From: an uncultured virus (IMG/VR IMGVR_UViG_3300020123_000428)
Lineage: Duplodnaviria > Heunggongvirae > Uroviricota > Caudoviricetes
DNA: 64,000 bases
Virus record (IMG/VR): IMGVR_UViG_3300020123_000428
Strand: one strand, 5' to 3'
The translations under genes and the position numbers were made by a program. This document shows, in pieces, positions 1 through 10,451 of the stretch. The notes below the pieces were generated by a model. The model did no database searches. It saw only the letters and a program-made list of their open reading frames with translations, and was not told the origin of the DNA. The stretch's first letter is position 1. Each line of letters opens with the position of its first letter.

Positions 1-550
1 GCGCGAATCGTCTTGACAGGGATCTCGTCGACGACGACCGGCGGACCCGATCCCTCTTCGACCGAGATCTCGCCGAGGTATTTGCGGTATGGCATTGGTG
101 CCTTGCGGCGCGCAGAGCGGGCATCCCTGGCTCGCACGGTGCCGATGTACTTGCCCTCTGGCGACCAGGTGAGACGGAAGGAAGTAAGAGACTGCGGCAT
201 GAGAACCTCCAAGAGGTGTGAGAGCGGGACCGAGATGGGGCGGGATTCCGCGACTCGGACGAAACAGGGTAATGCGAACGCCTTGCCAGTCGCAAGTTGG
301 CCGGTCGCGAGCCGGCCGGATTCCGGAGTGGCAGAAGATGCCCAGAACCTACCGGATCGGCGTCAGATCTGGCAGGTTTTCACCACTCCGGAGGGTCACC
401 TGTCAGGCACTTAGGCCGTCCTCACGGCGTCCGTAGTGGGGTCGGAGACCCCCGGGGTGACAGGCCAGGGGCCACAGACCACAGATCCCGCCCATGGAAA
501 TCGCCTCGAAAGTCCACCGGAGGGCCGTGTGACGTCCGGCGGACGGGCGC

Positions 551-1168
551 ATGATGGTCGGCGTGAAGACCCTCAACCCACATGACGACCTGGCGGAGGG
601 GTTTGAGCCCTCGCCGCTGCCCCCGATGGGCCCGGACGGAGCTCCGCAGATCCCCGCGCTGCGTGTGATCCCTCCAGCGAGGCCCAGCCTGTGCCACGCC
701 GGACCCTGCGTTCACTACCACCGGATCGTGATCCAGGTGGATGCGGCGGATCCGCGGGCGGTCAAGGTGCCGATCCGGCTTCCGGAGAGCGCGCCGGGGG
801 TCGAGTCGGCGCCGAGCGGCAGCGTCTACCGCGCGCCGGCGGCCTACCACACGCAGACGCACCACTACTGCTACCCGGACACGGGCATCGAGATCGATCT
901 GGGCGCGCTGCCGGTGGTCGAGTGCAACCGGTGGGAGTGCCAGCGCCCGGATCGAGCCGCTCTCGAGCACAACCGGAGGGTGCAGGAGTGGGAGGCCGCG
1001 CGTGCGGCTGCGGCGGAGGAGGCGGCCGTGATTGAGCAACAGATCGCCGAGTCCATGGCGGTGGCGCTGATCCACTGCCAGGGCTGCGGGCGGGAGTTCG
1101 AGGAGTCCGCGCTGGACATCACCATGCGGTGCCGGAACTGCGCCGCCCCACCCAAGGAGAAGAGATGA
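551..1168 (+). CDS. hypothetical protein with C-terminal Zn-ribbon
   Basis: GC3-rich ORF; CQGC...CRNC at C-terminus; stop overlaps next start (ATGA). Confidence 0.6.
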   Translation: MMVGVKTLNPHDDLAEGFEPSPLPPMGPDGAPQIPALRVIPPARPSLCHAGPCVHYHRIVIQVDAADPRAVKVPIRLPESAPGVESAPSGSVYRAPAAYHTQTHHYCYPDTGIEIDLGALPVVECNRWECQRPDRAALEHNRRVQEWEAARAAAAEEAAVIEQQIAESMAVALIHCQGCGREFEESALDITMRCRNCAAPPKEKR

Positions 1169-1617
1169 GCATCGAGCAGCTGCAGCAGGATCTGAAACAG
1201 GTTGCCGAGGCCGCCAAGGCGCTCGCCGGTCCGCTGGTTACCCCGAGCGAGATCGCGGTCTTCCTCCGGGACAACCTGGTCCCCCTGATCGAGAGCCACA
1301 TCGGCGAGTCGGCCGAGATGGACGAGTCGATCTACGGCCTGGTCCAGGAAGCCGAGGACGTCCTCCACGAGGACAACGCCGCGGTGTTCGCAGGGATCAT
1401 CACCTCCGGCGCCGTGCTCGTCACCGAGCTGGGCCACCGCGCGGGCAACGATCAGCGCCTGCTCAAGCTGATCAAGGAGTGGCGCGCGCTGGCCAAGCAG
1501 GGCGAGCAGATCCTGGAGGACATCACCATCCCGGACGATCCAGAGGCGGACGCGGAGGGTGAAGGCGAGAGCATGGACGCCGCCGAGACCCCGGCAGCGG
1601 AAGGCAAGGCCGAATGA
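1165..1617 (+). CDS. acidic helical hypothetical protein
   Basis: AAGGAG RBS before ATG 1165; coupled to both neighbours. Confidence 0.6.
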   Translation: MSIEQLQQDLKQVAEAAKALAGPLVTPSEIAVFLRDNLVPLIESHIGESAEMDESIYGLVQEAEDVLHEDNAAVFAGIITSGAVLVTELGHRAGNDQRLLKLIKEWRALAKQGEQILEDITIPDDPEADAEGEGESMDAAETPAAEGKAE

Positions 1618-3365
1618 GGCGCTCTGGTCGAGCCGACGTGCGGGTGGTCGATCCCCCGCCGCCCGAGACCCCACCCGATCCGTCGCCGGCCGAGCCCGAA
1701 CCGGCGGACCCGACCGACGATCCTCCGCTCGAGACGGCACCCGACGGGCCCAAGCCGGACGCCAAGCCGGAGAAGCGACCGGAGCGACCAGAACGCCCCG
1801 GTCGATCGGCGGCGTCCGCCCTGAACGAGATCCGCGACCAGGAGGAGGGCAGCCTCCGGGACTGGCTCACGGCGATGGGCACGGACGGCGCGTTCAAGGT
1901 CCAACTGCGCCGCGAGCAGCCCGAGCACATCTTCGTGCGGGGCAAGCAGATCAACACCAAGGGCTACCTCAACACGTTCGATCGGCCGATCGACGAGGAG
2001 TCCATCCAGCGCACCTACGGCGGCGGCACCTACTCGCTGAAGGTCACCTTCCGGTCCGAGAACGGGTCCTACCAGTACCGGCGCGGGTTTCACCGGACGA
2101 TCACGATCGCCGGCGACCCGAACCCCGAGGCGCTCCCCCAGGCATCGCCCGCCGCCGAGCCGGCCGCGCCGCAGCCCGAGGCGCCCTCGGTCGTGACCCG
2201 GGCGTTCGACATCCTGTCCACCGAGCTCCACCGGGCCCGGGACGCCCCCCGCTCGTCCGGGATCGATCCGGCGGTCCAGATGTTGATCGACCAGAACCGC
2301 GACCAGATGTTGTCCATCACCCGCCAGATGGCCGAGCTCCAGCGCGAGAACACCGCGCTGCGCAACCAGAAGCCCGTTGAGGACCCGATCAAGGAGAAGA
2401 TCCTGGGCTCGCTGATCGACGGCCAGAGCGGCCACGTGACCGCGCTCCAGTTGCGCCACGACTCCGAGATCCGCCAGATCAAGGAGTCGGCGCGGGACGA
2501 CCTGAAGCGGATCGAGGACCGTCACGACCGCGAGGTGCTGGCGATGCGGCAGAGCCACGAGCTCGCCATTGCCACTCTCAAGGCGAGCTACGAGCGCGAG
2601 ATCGCGGCGCTGCGCCAGTCGCACGAGGTGGCGATGGCGTCCGCCGTCAACACCGCCGCGATCCAGTCGCGGACGCTCGAGGGCGAGGTCAAGCGCCTCG
2701 AGCGCGATGTGGCCGATCTCCGCGCCGACAACAAGGAGCTGCGCGAGAAGAAGGACAAGTCCGTGATCGAGCAGATCAAGGACATGAAGGTGCTCAGGGA
2801 GGCGTTCAGCGATGGCGACGAGGAGTCCTCGGGCGGCGGCACCATCGGTCGGATCGTCGAGGCGGCGACCTCGCCGGCGGCGATCGAGGGGATCTCGAAG
2901 ATCCTGGGCCGGGGCGGTCCGCCGGCCGCACAGGTCCAGGCACAGGCGACCGCTGCCGCAGCGGCGGCGCGGCCGCCACGGGTGGTCCGCGACGCGACCG
3001 GCCAGCGGTTCGTGCAGCACGGCGACAAGCTGATCCCGGCCAAGCCCAAGCCGAAGGTGATCACCACCGAGGGCGGCCAGCAGATCGAGGCCCCGGTGGT
3101 GGACGCCGACCAGATCAAGATGCTGATCGCCTACCTGGAGCAGGCGTACCAACACGGGCAAGATCCGGAGGTGGTGGCGCAGAGCGGGCGGTCCACGGTG
3201 CCGCCGGATATCCTGGCGTGGATCAAGGACAACGACACCGAGGCCACATCGGGCGTTGACCTGTTCATGTCCAAGGTGGCAAAATTACCGGGCACCTCGC
3301 CGCTCGCATCACAGGCCGGACGCAACTGGCTCCGGAAGGTCGGCAAGGCGCTCGCCGGGGGATAG
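1614..3365 (+). CDS. coiled-coil protein, unknown function
   Basis: 583 aa; Pro-rich N-terminus, long heptad-like central region. Confidence 0.7.
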   Translation: MRRSGRADVRVVDPPPPETPPDPSPAEPEPADPTDDPPLETAPDGPKPDAKPEKRPERPERPGRSAASALNEIRDQEEGSLRDWLTAMGTDGAFKVQLRREQPEHIFVRGKQINTKGYLNTFDRPIDEESIQRTYGGGTYSLKVTFRSENGSYQYRRGFHRTITIAGDPNPEALPQASPAAEPAAPQPEAPSVVTRAFDILSTELHRARDAPRSSGIDPAVQMLIDQNRDQMLSITRQMAELQRENTALRNQKPVEDPIKEKILGSLIDGQSGHVTALQLRHDSEIRQIKESARDDLKRIEDRHDREVLAMRQSHELAIATLKASYEREIAALRQSHEVAMASAVNTAAIQSRTLEGEVKRLERDVADLRADNKELREKKDKSVIEQIKDMKVLREAFSDGDEESSGGGTIGRIVEAATSPAAIEGISKILGRGGPPAAQVQAQATAAAAAARPPRVVRDATGQRFVQHGDKLIPAKPKPKVITTEGGQQIEAPVVDADQIKMLIAYLEQAYQHGQDPEVVAQSGRSTVPPDILAWIKDNDTEATSGVDLFMSKVAKLPGTSPLASQAGRNWLRKVGKALAGG

Positions 3366-3400
3366 ACCTTGGCGGACCGAACGCCTCTCATCTTTTCCGG

Positions 3401-4030
3401 GTGAAGGCATGCTTGCTCGGCCCCCGACATAACCAGCGCCTCCCGCCCCTCCAGCCGATGTCCGGGCTGGGGTATGGCGGATCGCGCCTGTTCTGGTTGC
3501 CGGACCAGCCGCCGACTAGCCGGGTGGCCTACTCGGGTGCGCCGCAGACCATCGAGGTGATGCGCGACGCCGCGCTCGAGGATGCGGACCACTTCGAGAC
3601 GCGGCAGATCGCCGAGTCGGTGTGCGAGTGGCTCGACTCCAAGGACTACACCTCGGAGTATTTCGCGCTGTATCACTTCCTCCTGCAGCGCACGCGCTAC
3701 ATGCGGGATCCCAGGCGCACCGAGCTGGTCCGCGCGCCGTACGTGGTGAGCCGGCAGATCTTGGCCGGGCACCGGCCGTCGCTCGACTGCGACGACATGG
3801 CGTGCTGGCTGGCGGCGGCGGTGACCTCGGTCGGCGGCCGGGCCGAGTTCTGCACGGTGGCGTTCGAGCGGATGTTCTACGAGGGCAAGCCGCAGTACAG
3901 CCACGTGTTCACGCGCGCGCTGGAGCCGCGCACGCGCTGCATGCTGGTGCTGGATCCCGTCGCGGCGGAGAAGACCCCGCAGATGTTACGGCGGATCAAG
4001 GCCGCTGCTACCTGGCCGGTCACGGCCTGA
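3401..4030 (+). CDS. transglutaminase-like cysteine protease (putative virion maturation protease)
   Basis: LDCDDMACWL (Cys), YSHVF (His), VLDP (Asp) triad pattern; start may be ATG 3458. Confidence 0.7.
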   Translation: MKACLLGPRHNQRLPPLQPMSGLGYGGSRLFWLPDQPPTSRVAYSGAPQTIEVMRDAALEDADHFETRQIAESVCEWLDSKDYTSEYFALYHFLLQRTRYMRDPRRTELVRAPYVVSRQILAGHRPSLDCDDMACWLAAAVTSVGGRAEFCTVAFERMFYEGKPQYSHVFTRALEPRTRCMLVLDPVAAEKTPQMLRRIKAAATWPVTA

Positions 4031-4040
4031 GGAGACCTGG

Positions 4041-5879
4041 ATGGCATACAACCTACCACCCGCCTGGGATGCCGGATTCGTCCTCCCCAAGAACGTGCGC
4101 GACGAGGGCCTCGAGCGCCGCGCGTTCGTGACGAAGATGATCCCGCGCGGGACCTATGATCAGCCCACGGTCGGGACCGGCGGCTACGCCGTGCCCCGGT
4201 ACGTGATGGACGAGGGGTACGGGCAGGGCACGTACACCACCAAGTGGCAGCCCTCCGGGACCTACAACGGCCCCAAGATCCCCCACTGGCTGAACCAGCG
4301 CCCGCAGCTGGTCTCGACCGCGCCGATCCCCGGCGGTGGCCGCCAGGTCACCATCCAGCCGATGGGCGACGTGCCGATGCCCGAGCCGTTCGAGAGCTAC
4401 GGGCAGAAGGCGGCGGCCGACCTCATCTCGCGGGTGTCGGTCTTGCCGGCCGGCCAGCGCCAGCAGGTGCTGAAGGGCATCCTGGATCAGTTCGACAAGA
4501 GCGCGTGGAGCCGGACGAACGACATCTTCCAGCGCTACGTCAAGCAGGGCACGCCGCCGGCGAACGCCTTCCCGCTCGCGCTCGCCCGCGCGCTCTCGAC
4601 CGGCATCGCGGCCGAGATCATCGCGACGGGCATCCGAGGTACGGCACCCCAGGCAAACTCGCTCCTGGGCCTGGGGTGCTACGGCTGCATGGCAGCACTG
4701 GGAGCGACGGACGTGAGCCAGGTGACGGGCGGTCCCATCCTCTCGGCGGGGACGACTGGCGCCACGGCACGTCCACCCGCACCGGTGGCGACCCCCGCCA
4801 CCCCCGGTGCGCTCTGCGCGCCGCCGGCGGGGTACACGTGGGCGGCGGCCACGCCGACCGTGGCGGGGCACTGGGAGCGACTGGTCAAGGGCGCGACCCC
4901 GGTGTGGGGACCCTGCAATCCGACCACGGGGCAGACGATCGTGCCGGTCGTGCGGGACCAGCGGCCGACGTACGACTTCTACGTCGGGCCGTTCGGGTTC
5001 AACCTGGCCTCGCTGCCCGATCGCGTTTGGGCGCCGGGGCAGACGGGATCGGGCATCGCCAACCGCGCGGCGCCTCCGGACATCATGTACCTGACGCCGG
5101 ACCCGAACGCGACCCTGCCAAACCCCCCGGCCGGGAGTCCCTTGCGCGCGATCGCCGCCGACGTGATCGCGTATCTGAAGATGCGGCTCACCCAGTCCAA
5201 GGATGCCAATGGCAAGACCGACACCCCGGTCTACTACACGGGCGCCAGCGCCATCTACGGCTACCCGGAGTCGGACGCGGCCACGTGGTTCGGGGCGATG
5301 GACATCACGCCGCAGACCCCGCTCCGCATGCACGATCTGGCGAACCTGCGCACGGCGATCGCGCCGTTCGCCCGCACCAAGAACCCCAAGACCGGCGCGG
5401 ACATGATCCTCAGCGTCTCGCTCGCCAAGGCGGACGCCACCAAGGACTGGGACGCAAACTCAAACCCCCTGGCGCTCAAGGTCTGGCTCACCCGGGTGCC
5501 CGATCCGTCGGTCTGGGGCGAGCTCTGGAACCCGATGGTGTTCCTGAACCCGCTCACCGGCCTCCAGGTGACGGCCTCGATCGTGGCCGGCGCCGCCGGG
5601 TACCTGTCGGATCTGGCGTGCGGGGTCATGACCGATCCGAACGGCAAGACCGCGACGCAGGTCGCGGCCGGCACGGTCGCGGCGATGTACGGCGTGCCGC
5701 CGCAGACGGGCGTCGCGGGCGCCAACATCGCGGCCAGCGCGTGCGGGCAACCCCCGCCGCCGCCGACCGTGATCGCGCACCCGAAGTCGATCGTCCCCAT
5801 GCTACTGCTGGGGGCCGGCGCGATCGCGGCGGTCCTGATCGTGGCCCGCAAGCCCAAGAAGGCGACCCCCTCCCCATGA
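4041..5879 (+). CDS. large membrane-anchored virion protein
   Basis: 612 aa; C-terminal hydrophobic helix followed by RKPKK. Confidence 0.65.
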   Translation: MAYNLPPAWDAGFVLPKNVRDEGLERRAFVTKMIPRGTYDQPTVGTGGYAVPRYVMDEGYGQGTYTTKWQPSGTYNGPKIPHWLNQRPQLVSTAPIPGGGRQVTIQPMGDVPMPEPFESYGQKAAADLISRVSVLPAGQRQQVLKGILDQFDKSAWSRTNDIFQRYVKQGTPPANAFPLALARALSTGIAAEIIATGIRGTAPQANSLLGLGCYGCMAALGATDVSQVTGGPILSAGTTGATARPPAPVATPATPGALCAPPAGYTWAAATPTVAGHWERLVKGATPVWGPCNPTTGQTIVPVVRDQRPTYDFYVGPFGFNLASLPDRVWAPGQTGSGIANRAAPPDIMYLTPDPNATLPNPPAGSPLRAIAADVIAYLKMRLTQSKDANGKTDTPVYYTGASAIYGYPESDAATWFGAMDITPQTPLRMHDLANLRTAIAPFARTKNPKTGADMILSVSLAKADATKDWDANSNPLALKVWLTRVPDPSVWGELWNPMVFLNPLTGLQVTASIVAGAAGYLSDLACGVMTDPNGKTATQVAAGTVAAMYGVPPQTGVAGANIAASACGQPPPPPTVIAHPKSIVPMLLLGAGAIAAVLIVARKPKKATPSP

Positions 5880-6349
5880 GCCTCTACCAGAAGAACACCC
5901 GGGATCTGATCACCGCGCTGGGCATCGGGCAGTGGAACGCCACGATGATCATCCCCTACATGATGATCGCGCCGGCCACGACCGACCCCAAGTCGGCGCA
6001 GATCATCCTCCTGGTCCAGCACCTCCAGCAACTGCTCTACCAGATGGGCGCGACCGACGTGGCCAACACGGGGCGGCTGGATCCGCCGACCGCGCGCGCG
6101 CTGCGCCAGATCGTGGGCCCCAACTGGGAGCGCACGTCCTGGGGCGGCAACATCGGCGCGGTGCTGGACGCGCAGGCGGCCGGGACCCGGCTCACCCCGG
6201 CGCCCAGTGACGACGCGCCCAGCCCGATGCCGGTGGCGGTCGGCGGCCCGCTGGACTTCCTGCCGGACGTGCCCGGCGGCCTCGTGACCTACGGCGTGGT
6301 GGGGTACCTGCTCTACCGCCACTTCACGCGCGGGAGGATCGCCCGATGA
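5876..6349 (+). CDS. membrane protein with peptidoglycan-binding-like domain
   Basis: LQQLLYQMG...TGRLDPPTARALRQ resembles PG_binding_1; C-terminal TM helix. Confidence 0.55.
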   Translation: MSLYQKNTRDLITALGIGQWNATMIIPYMMIAPATTDPKSAQIILLVQHLQQLLYQMGATDVANTGRLDPPTARALRQIVGPNWERTSWGGNIGAVLDAQAAGTRLTPAPSDDAPSPMPVAVGGPLDFLPDVPGGLVTYGVVGYLLYRHFTRGRIAR

Positions 6350-7008
6350 CGTACACCAAGCCCGCGGCCCTGATGCGATCGTCACCGCCGGTCATGCAGT
6401 CCATGGGGGACGGCGACATCTGGGACTACCTCACGACGCTCATGGAGAGCGATGCGGTCGACGCGACCGACGCGCCCGCGACGGACAACGTCAACCAGAC
6501 CGTCGGCGGCGGCTCGACCACCGCCGCCGACTTCACCTCCATCAACGGCGTCTGCAAGCCCAAGAACTTCCCGGCGCTGGCCGCGGCGCGTGGATTTCAG
6601 GGCCAGCTCAACCGCGTGGCGCAGGTGAAGGGCTACGCGAAGATCGCGACCGATGGTGCGATCGGCCCCGGCACGCTGGCGCTGTTCCGGCTGGTGCAGT
6701 CGGCGGCGGGCGGATCGGTGATGGGAGATGCGTCGAGCTGCATGGGCGTGGCGCCCGATGTCGACGTGCTGGCCGGGCAGATCCAGGCGTTCGCGGACAC
6801 GCTGGGCGCGCCGGCCACGGTGCCGGGCCCGGCGATCTCGCTGCCGACCATCGTGACCGCGTCCGGCAAGACCGTCGTGGCCCCGGACGCCGGGATCCTG
6901 GGCTCGCTGGCGACGCTCTCGAGCGTGGAGAAGATCGCGCTCCTGGGCGTGGCCGGGGGGATCGGCTACCTGCTGCTGACCAGCGGCAAGAAGAAGCGGA
7001 GGAAGTGA
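6346..7008 (+). CDS. membrane protein with peptidoglycan-binding-like domain
   Basis: FQGQLN...IATDGAIGPGTLALF motif; C-terminal TM + GKKKRRK. Confidence 0.6.
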   Translation: MTYTKPAALMRSSPPVMQSMGDGDIWDYLTTLMESDAVDATDAPATDNVNQTVGGGSTTAADFTSINGVCKPKNFPALAAARGFQGQLNRVAQVKGYAKIATDGAIGPGTLALFRLVQSAAGGSVMGDASSCMGVAPDVDVLAGQIQAFADTLGAPATVPGPAISLPTIVTASGKTVVAPDAGILGSLATLSSVEKIALLGVAGGIGYLLLTSGKKKRRK

Positions 7009-7277
7009 TGTACACCCGCAACTCGCTGGGCGACGCGACGACGCCTGCCTCGACCCAGGTCACGGCGCCAGCGCCCAACTCGTTCAGCCTGCGCGACGCT
7101 GTCAACTCCGAGCCGGTGAGCACGGGGGCGGCGATCCTGCTCACGTACCACGGCTACAAGCGCACCGGGTCCCTGGCGTGGGCGCTCGTGTACGGCCTGG
7201 CGGGGAAGTGGTTCCCCGTCGAGGCGGTGCCGATCGCGATCGCCCAGGGCCTGGGGCAAAGGAAGCCCTGCCCATGA
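7005..7277 (+). CDS. small membrane virion protein
   Basis: hydrophobic segments; overlapping start/stop with neighbours. Confidence 0.55.
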   Translation: MMYTRNSLGDATTPASTQVTAPAPNSFSLRDAVNSEPVSTGAAILLTYHGYKRTGSLAWALVYGLAGKWFPVEAVPIAIAQGLGQRKPCP

Positions 7278-7600
7278 AGTTCGCATACAGCCGTGGTGGT
7301 GGCCCCCTGCTCGACTGGAGCAGCGGTCCGCCGCGTCAGACGCGCGCCGCCGACGCGACCGCGCTCGGATCGCTGGGGACGTCGAGTCTGTCCGGTCCGA
7401 CGCTGGTGTTGCCGGCGCCGGGCGCGCCGGAGCCGATCGGCGTCTCGAACCAAGCGATGGGCGGGTGCTCGTGCAGCGGATCGTGCGGGTGCGGCACCGG
7501 ATCGCCGCTGGGCGACATCGCGAGCTCGGTCCCGGGCGGCTATGTGACGATCCTGGCGGTGGCCGGGCTCGTCGCCTGGAAGCTCCTGCGGAAGCGGTGA
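7274..7600 (+). CDS. small membrane virion protein
   Basis: MKFAYSRGG...; CSCSGSCGC; C-terminal TM + RKR. Confidence 0.55.
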   Translation: MKFAYSRGGGPLLDWSSGPPRQTRAADATALGSLGTSSLSGPTLVLPAPGAPEPIGVSNQAMGGCSCSGSCGCGTGSPLGDIASSVPGGYVTILAVAGLVAWKLLRKR

Positions 7601-7605
7601 CCTCC

Positions 7606-7737
7606 ATGGCTCGATTCGACATCTCCGACTTCGTGGCGGATGGCGGATATCCGCCGCGGTACTGGTACGTCACGATGGGCGCGGCATTGCTGGTGGGCGT
7701 TGCGCTGGATCGCTGGTTCCCGCTGAGGCGGAAGTAG
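7606..7737 (+). CDS. tiny membrane protein
   Basis: MARFDISDF...; TM + RRK. Confidence 0.45.
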   Translation: MARFDISDFVADGGYPPRYWYVTMGAALLVGVALDRWFPLRRK

Positions 7738-7739
7738 CC

Positions 7740-8153
7740 ATGGGGGCCTGGGGGATGACGCCGTTCGACTCCGAGGACTTCGGGGATACCTTCGCGGAGA
7801 TCGCGGAGGGCCCCGTCGGGAAGGCGATCTACGCGCAGGCCATGCACCACATCCAGGAGGCCGCGCGGGATGGCGAGCCCCAGAAGATGTGGTCGGCGGT
7901 CGGCATCGCGCTGTGGGCCTTTCACACGGGGGCCATTGTCGGCGAGGACCGAGTGCGGCTCTCGTCCGCCGCGTGGGAGTTGCTGCAGCGTCTGGAGAAG
8001 AACGAGTCGTGGATGCGATCGTGGGCGGTCCCGGCGGCGTTCCGTCGCGTCTTCAAGGAGGTGCGCGCGCAGGTGGTGGGGATGGATGGCGAGGACACCC
8101 CGCTGACGCCGTACACCCTCCACGAGTTGTTCGGATCAGGGAGGCGTCGCTGA
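7740..8153 (+). CDS. DUF4259-like protein
   Basis: N-terminal MGAWGMTPFDSED resembles the MGAWGxGPFDND signature. Confidence 0.5.
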   Translation: MGAWGMTPFDSEDFGDTFAEIAEGPVGKAIYAQAMHHIQEAARDGEPQKMWSAVGIALWAFHTGAIVGEDRVRLSSAAWELLQRLEKNESWMRSWAVPAAFRRVFKEVRAQVVGMDGEDTPLTPYTLHELFGSGRRR

Positions 8154-8156
8154 ACC

Positions 8157-8450
8157 ATGGCCCGCTACTCGGTCTACGACTACACGCGGCACGCCTACGA
8201 CTACTACGAGGCGCCGGGGCCCGGCGGCACGCATGCCGGATCGCCGCCGCGTCCGGCATCGATCGGGGATCTGGGGGCATCGCCGGATCGGGGCGCATGG
8301 AAACTCCCGGCCGGCGCGCGCAAGGTGGGGAGCGGGGAGATGCCGCAGGGGCGCATCGCCAGCCTGTCTGGCGCGGACCTCCTCTCGAGCCCGTCATCGC
8401 TCGTGGTCTACGCCGTGATCGCCCTCGCCGCCTGGAGGTTCCTCCGATGA
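8157..8450 (+). CDS. small membrane virion protein
   Basis: C-terminal TM helix. Confidence 0.55.
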   Translation: MARYSVYDYTRHAYDYYEAPGPGGTHAGSPPRPASIGDLGASPDRGAWKLPAGARKVGSGEMPQGRIASLSGADLLSSPSSLVVYAVIALAAWRFLR

Positions 8451-9181
8451 CCTACCTGAAGCCGACCGCTGCCGTCCGCCGATACGCGCGCCCTCGTCGG
8501 CGCGGGCTCTCCGGGTTCTTCGACACCGTGACCGGCGACCTGACATCGATCTTGGGCCAGCCCTCGCCGGAGTCACAGTGCCTGACGCAGGCCAACGCGG
8601 CGTCGGCGCCGTTCGACGCCAAGATCGACGACCTCGCCAAGAACTGGAACCCGACCGGGTTCTACTCGACCGCGGACCTGCGCAGCATCGTCTCGTCGGC
8701 GATGTCCACCGTCCAGCAGGGCCAGGCGCTCCTCAACCAGGCCGCGGCCGAGCCGAACGCGTCCCAGGACAGCGTCATGCGGGCGACCGACGATCTGGGC
8801 CGAGCCGGGAGCCGCTCGCTCGACTACCTGCAGGCCGCCACGCAGGCGGATCAGCAGGGCATCGCGCTGGTCAACGCGCCGGGCCTCAAGCGCTGGGTGA
8901 CTGACACCATGGCGGCGGCGTCCTCGGCGATGGTCACCGCGGCCACCATCGGGTGCATCACGCCGTGGTGGGTGAACGCGCTGGCGACGTTCCAGTCGGC
9001 GTTCGACACCGCGTGGAGCGTGGTCAAGCAGGTGGTGGGCGCCGTGCTGGCGATCGGCGAGACCGCGCTCAAGGTCGCCGACGATCTCCCCCAGCTCACC
9101 GACCTCCTCGAGCTGGGCCTGGTGGTGATGGCTGGCTACTGGGTGTGGAACGAGTTCTTCGTCCACGGAGGTCGTCGATGA
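8447..9181 (+). CDS. membrane-anchored virion protein
   Basis: basic N-terminus RRRGLSG; C-terminal TM. Confidence 0.6.
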   Translation: MTYLKPTAAVRRYARPRRRGLSGFFDTVTGDLTSILGQPSPESQCLTQANAASAPFDAKIDDLAKNWNPTGFYSTADLRSIVSSAMSTVQQGQALLNQAAAEPNASQDSVMRATDDLGRAGSRSLDYLQAATQADQQGIALVNAPGLKRWVTDTMAAASSAMVTAATIGCITPWWVNALATFQSAFDTAWSVVKQVVGAVLAIGETALKVADDLPQLTDLLELGLVVMAGYWVWNEFFVHGGRR

Positions 9182-9690
9182 AGCGCGAGATCCCCCCCGA
9201 GGCTGAGGCGGCGGTCAGCAAGTACGTCGAGTTCCACCGGCTCGATCCGCGACAGATCGGCGCCTTCCCCGCCGAGTTCCGGATCCCCCCCCGGATGTAC
9301 CGGGCCGGCGCCGCCAAGTGGATCACCTACCAGTCCGGCAAGGTGGATCCGGAGACCCTGCGCAAGCCCTCCAAGCCGGTCAACTACATCCACGATCACG
9401 ACGCCGGGGTGATGTGCTACCTCGCCGAGCCGTACCATCCCGGGGACGCGGCCGTGCCAGTGCCGCGCGAGATCCTCGAGACCGAGGCGCTCACCCGTCT
9501 GGGCTACTGCCTGGGGTTCGAGTTCGAGGACGAGACGGGCAAGGCCGAGGCGCATAGCCAGCGCCCGCTGCCGGATCTGTACACGACACCCAACGGCCGC
9601 TGCCTCCTGGTCATCCAGTCCCGGAGGCACGTGCTGGCCATGATGTGGGGCGGGGGCCTGGGCGTGTTCGCCCGCGGTATCGACGGATAA
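9178..9690 (+). CDS. hypothetical protein
   Basis: GGAGG RBS; ATGA coupling; GC3-rich. Confidence 0.6.
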   Translation: MKREIPPEAEAAVSKYVEFHRLDPRQIGAFPAEFRIPPRMYRAGAAKWITYQSGKVDPETLRKPSKPVNYIHDHDAGVMCYLAEPYHPGDAAVPVPREILETEALTRLGYCLGFEFEDETGKAEAHSQRPLPDLYTTPNGRCLLVIQSRRHVLAMMWGGGLGVFARGIDG

Positions 9691-9696
9691 TCCCCC

Positions 9697-10161
9697 ATGA
9701 TCCCAACCAGCATCGCCGATCCCGCGGCCAGCGCGCCGACCACCATCCTCCCCCTCCTCGTGGTGGCGATCATGGCCCTGGCCGGGGTCATCGCCTACCT
9801 GTTTCGCTACTACTCCAAGCGCGTATCCCTGCTGGAAAAGGAGCGGCTGGAGCGCGAGATCGCGCATGCCAAGGAGCGCGAGTCCCTCGCCAAGGAGCGT
9901 GAGGCGTGGGCCGTCGAGCGCACCAAGCTCGAGGGCTACCGCGTCGAGCTGCGCGCCGAGTATGAGGGCAAGCACCGCGATCTCCTGCGATCGGTGTACG
10001 ACGACCTGCGCGAGTACGAGAACAACGCCCGCCGCGAGTACGCCGAGAATATGGAGACTGTCGCCGGCAAGGCCGCGGAGGCCTCCGACAAGATCGGCGT
10101 GATCCTGGACAAGTTCTATGACCGCTTCGTCGGCGGACCACGGCGATCCCCGCACTCATGA
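9697..10161 (+). CDS. TM + coiled-coil protein (possibly lysis-related)
   Basis: N-terminal TM followed by charged coiled coil. Confidence 0.55.
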   Translation: MIPTSIADPAASAPTTILPLLVVAIMALAGVIAYLFRYYSKRVSLLEKERLEREIAHAKERESLAKEREAWAVERTKLEGYRVELRAEYEGKHRDLLRSVYDDLREYENNARREYAENMETVAGKAAEASDKIGVILDKFYDRFVGGPRRSPHS

Positions 10162-10169
10162 GGTGACCT

Positions 10170-10451
10170 ATGAAGAAGACTCGATTCGCCGATGGCACTG
10201 GCAGCGGCACCCGCACACAGATCGAATCCGCGTGCGTCCGTGCGATCGATGCCTACGTGACCCTGGAGCGCCGCGCCGATCGCGTGCTCGAGGCGCTGGA
10301 CGACATCACCATCCCCGGCGTCGTGCGCCACGCGATCACGGAGGAGGACAGCCTCGTCATCGCGATCAAGGACGTCACCGGCTCGCCGGAGGGATCCAAC
10401 CCCGTGAAATCGACGCTGGCCAGTGGCAAGAAACCTGAAATAGGGGGTTGA
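10170..10451 (+). CDS. hypothetical protein
   Basis: GAGG RBS; fits the operon. Confidence 0.45.
   Translation: MKKTRFADGTGSGTRTQIESACVRAIDAYVTLERRADRVLEALDDITIPGVVRHAITEEDSLVIAIKDVTGSPEGSNPVKSTLASGKKPEIGG

Noticed and set aside
150..550. GAGAC-containing non-coding region at window start as another mini-array
   Set aside because: No convincing G-stem-loop-stem-AC hairpins found by eye
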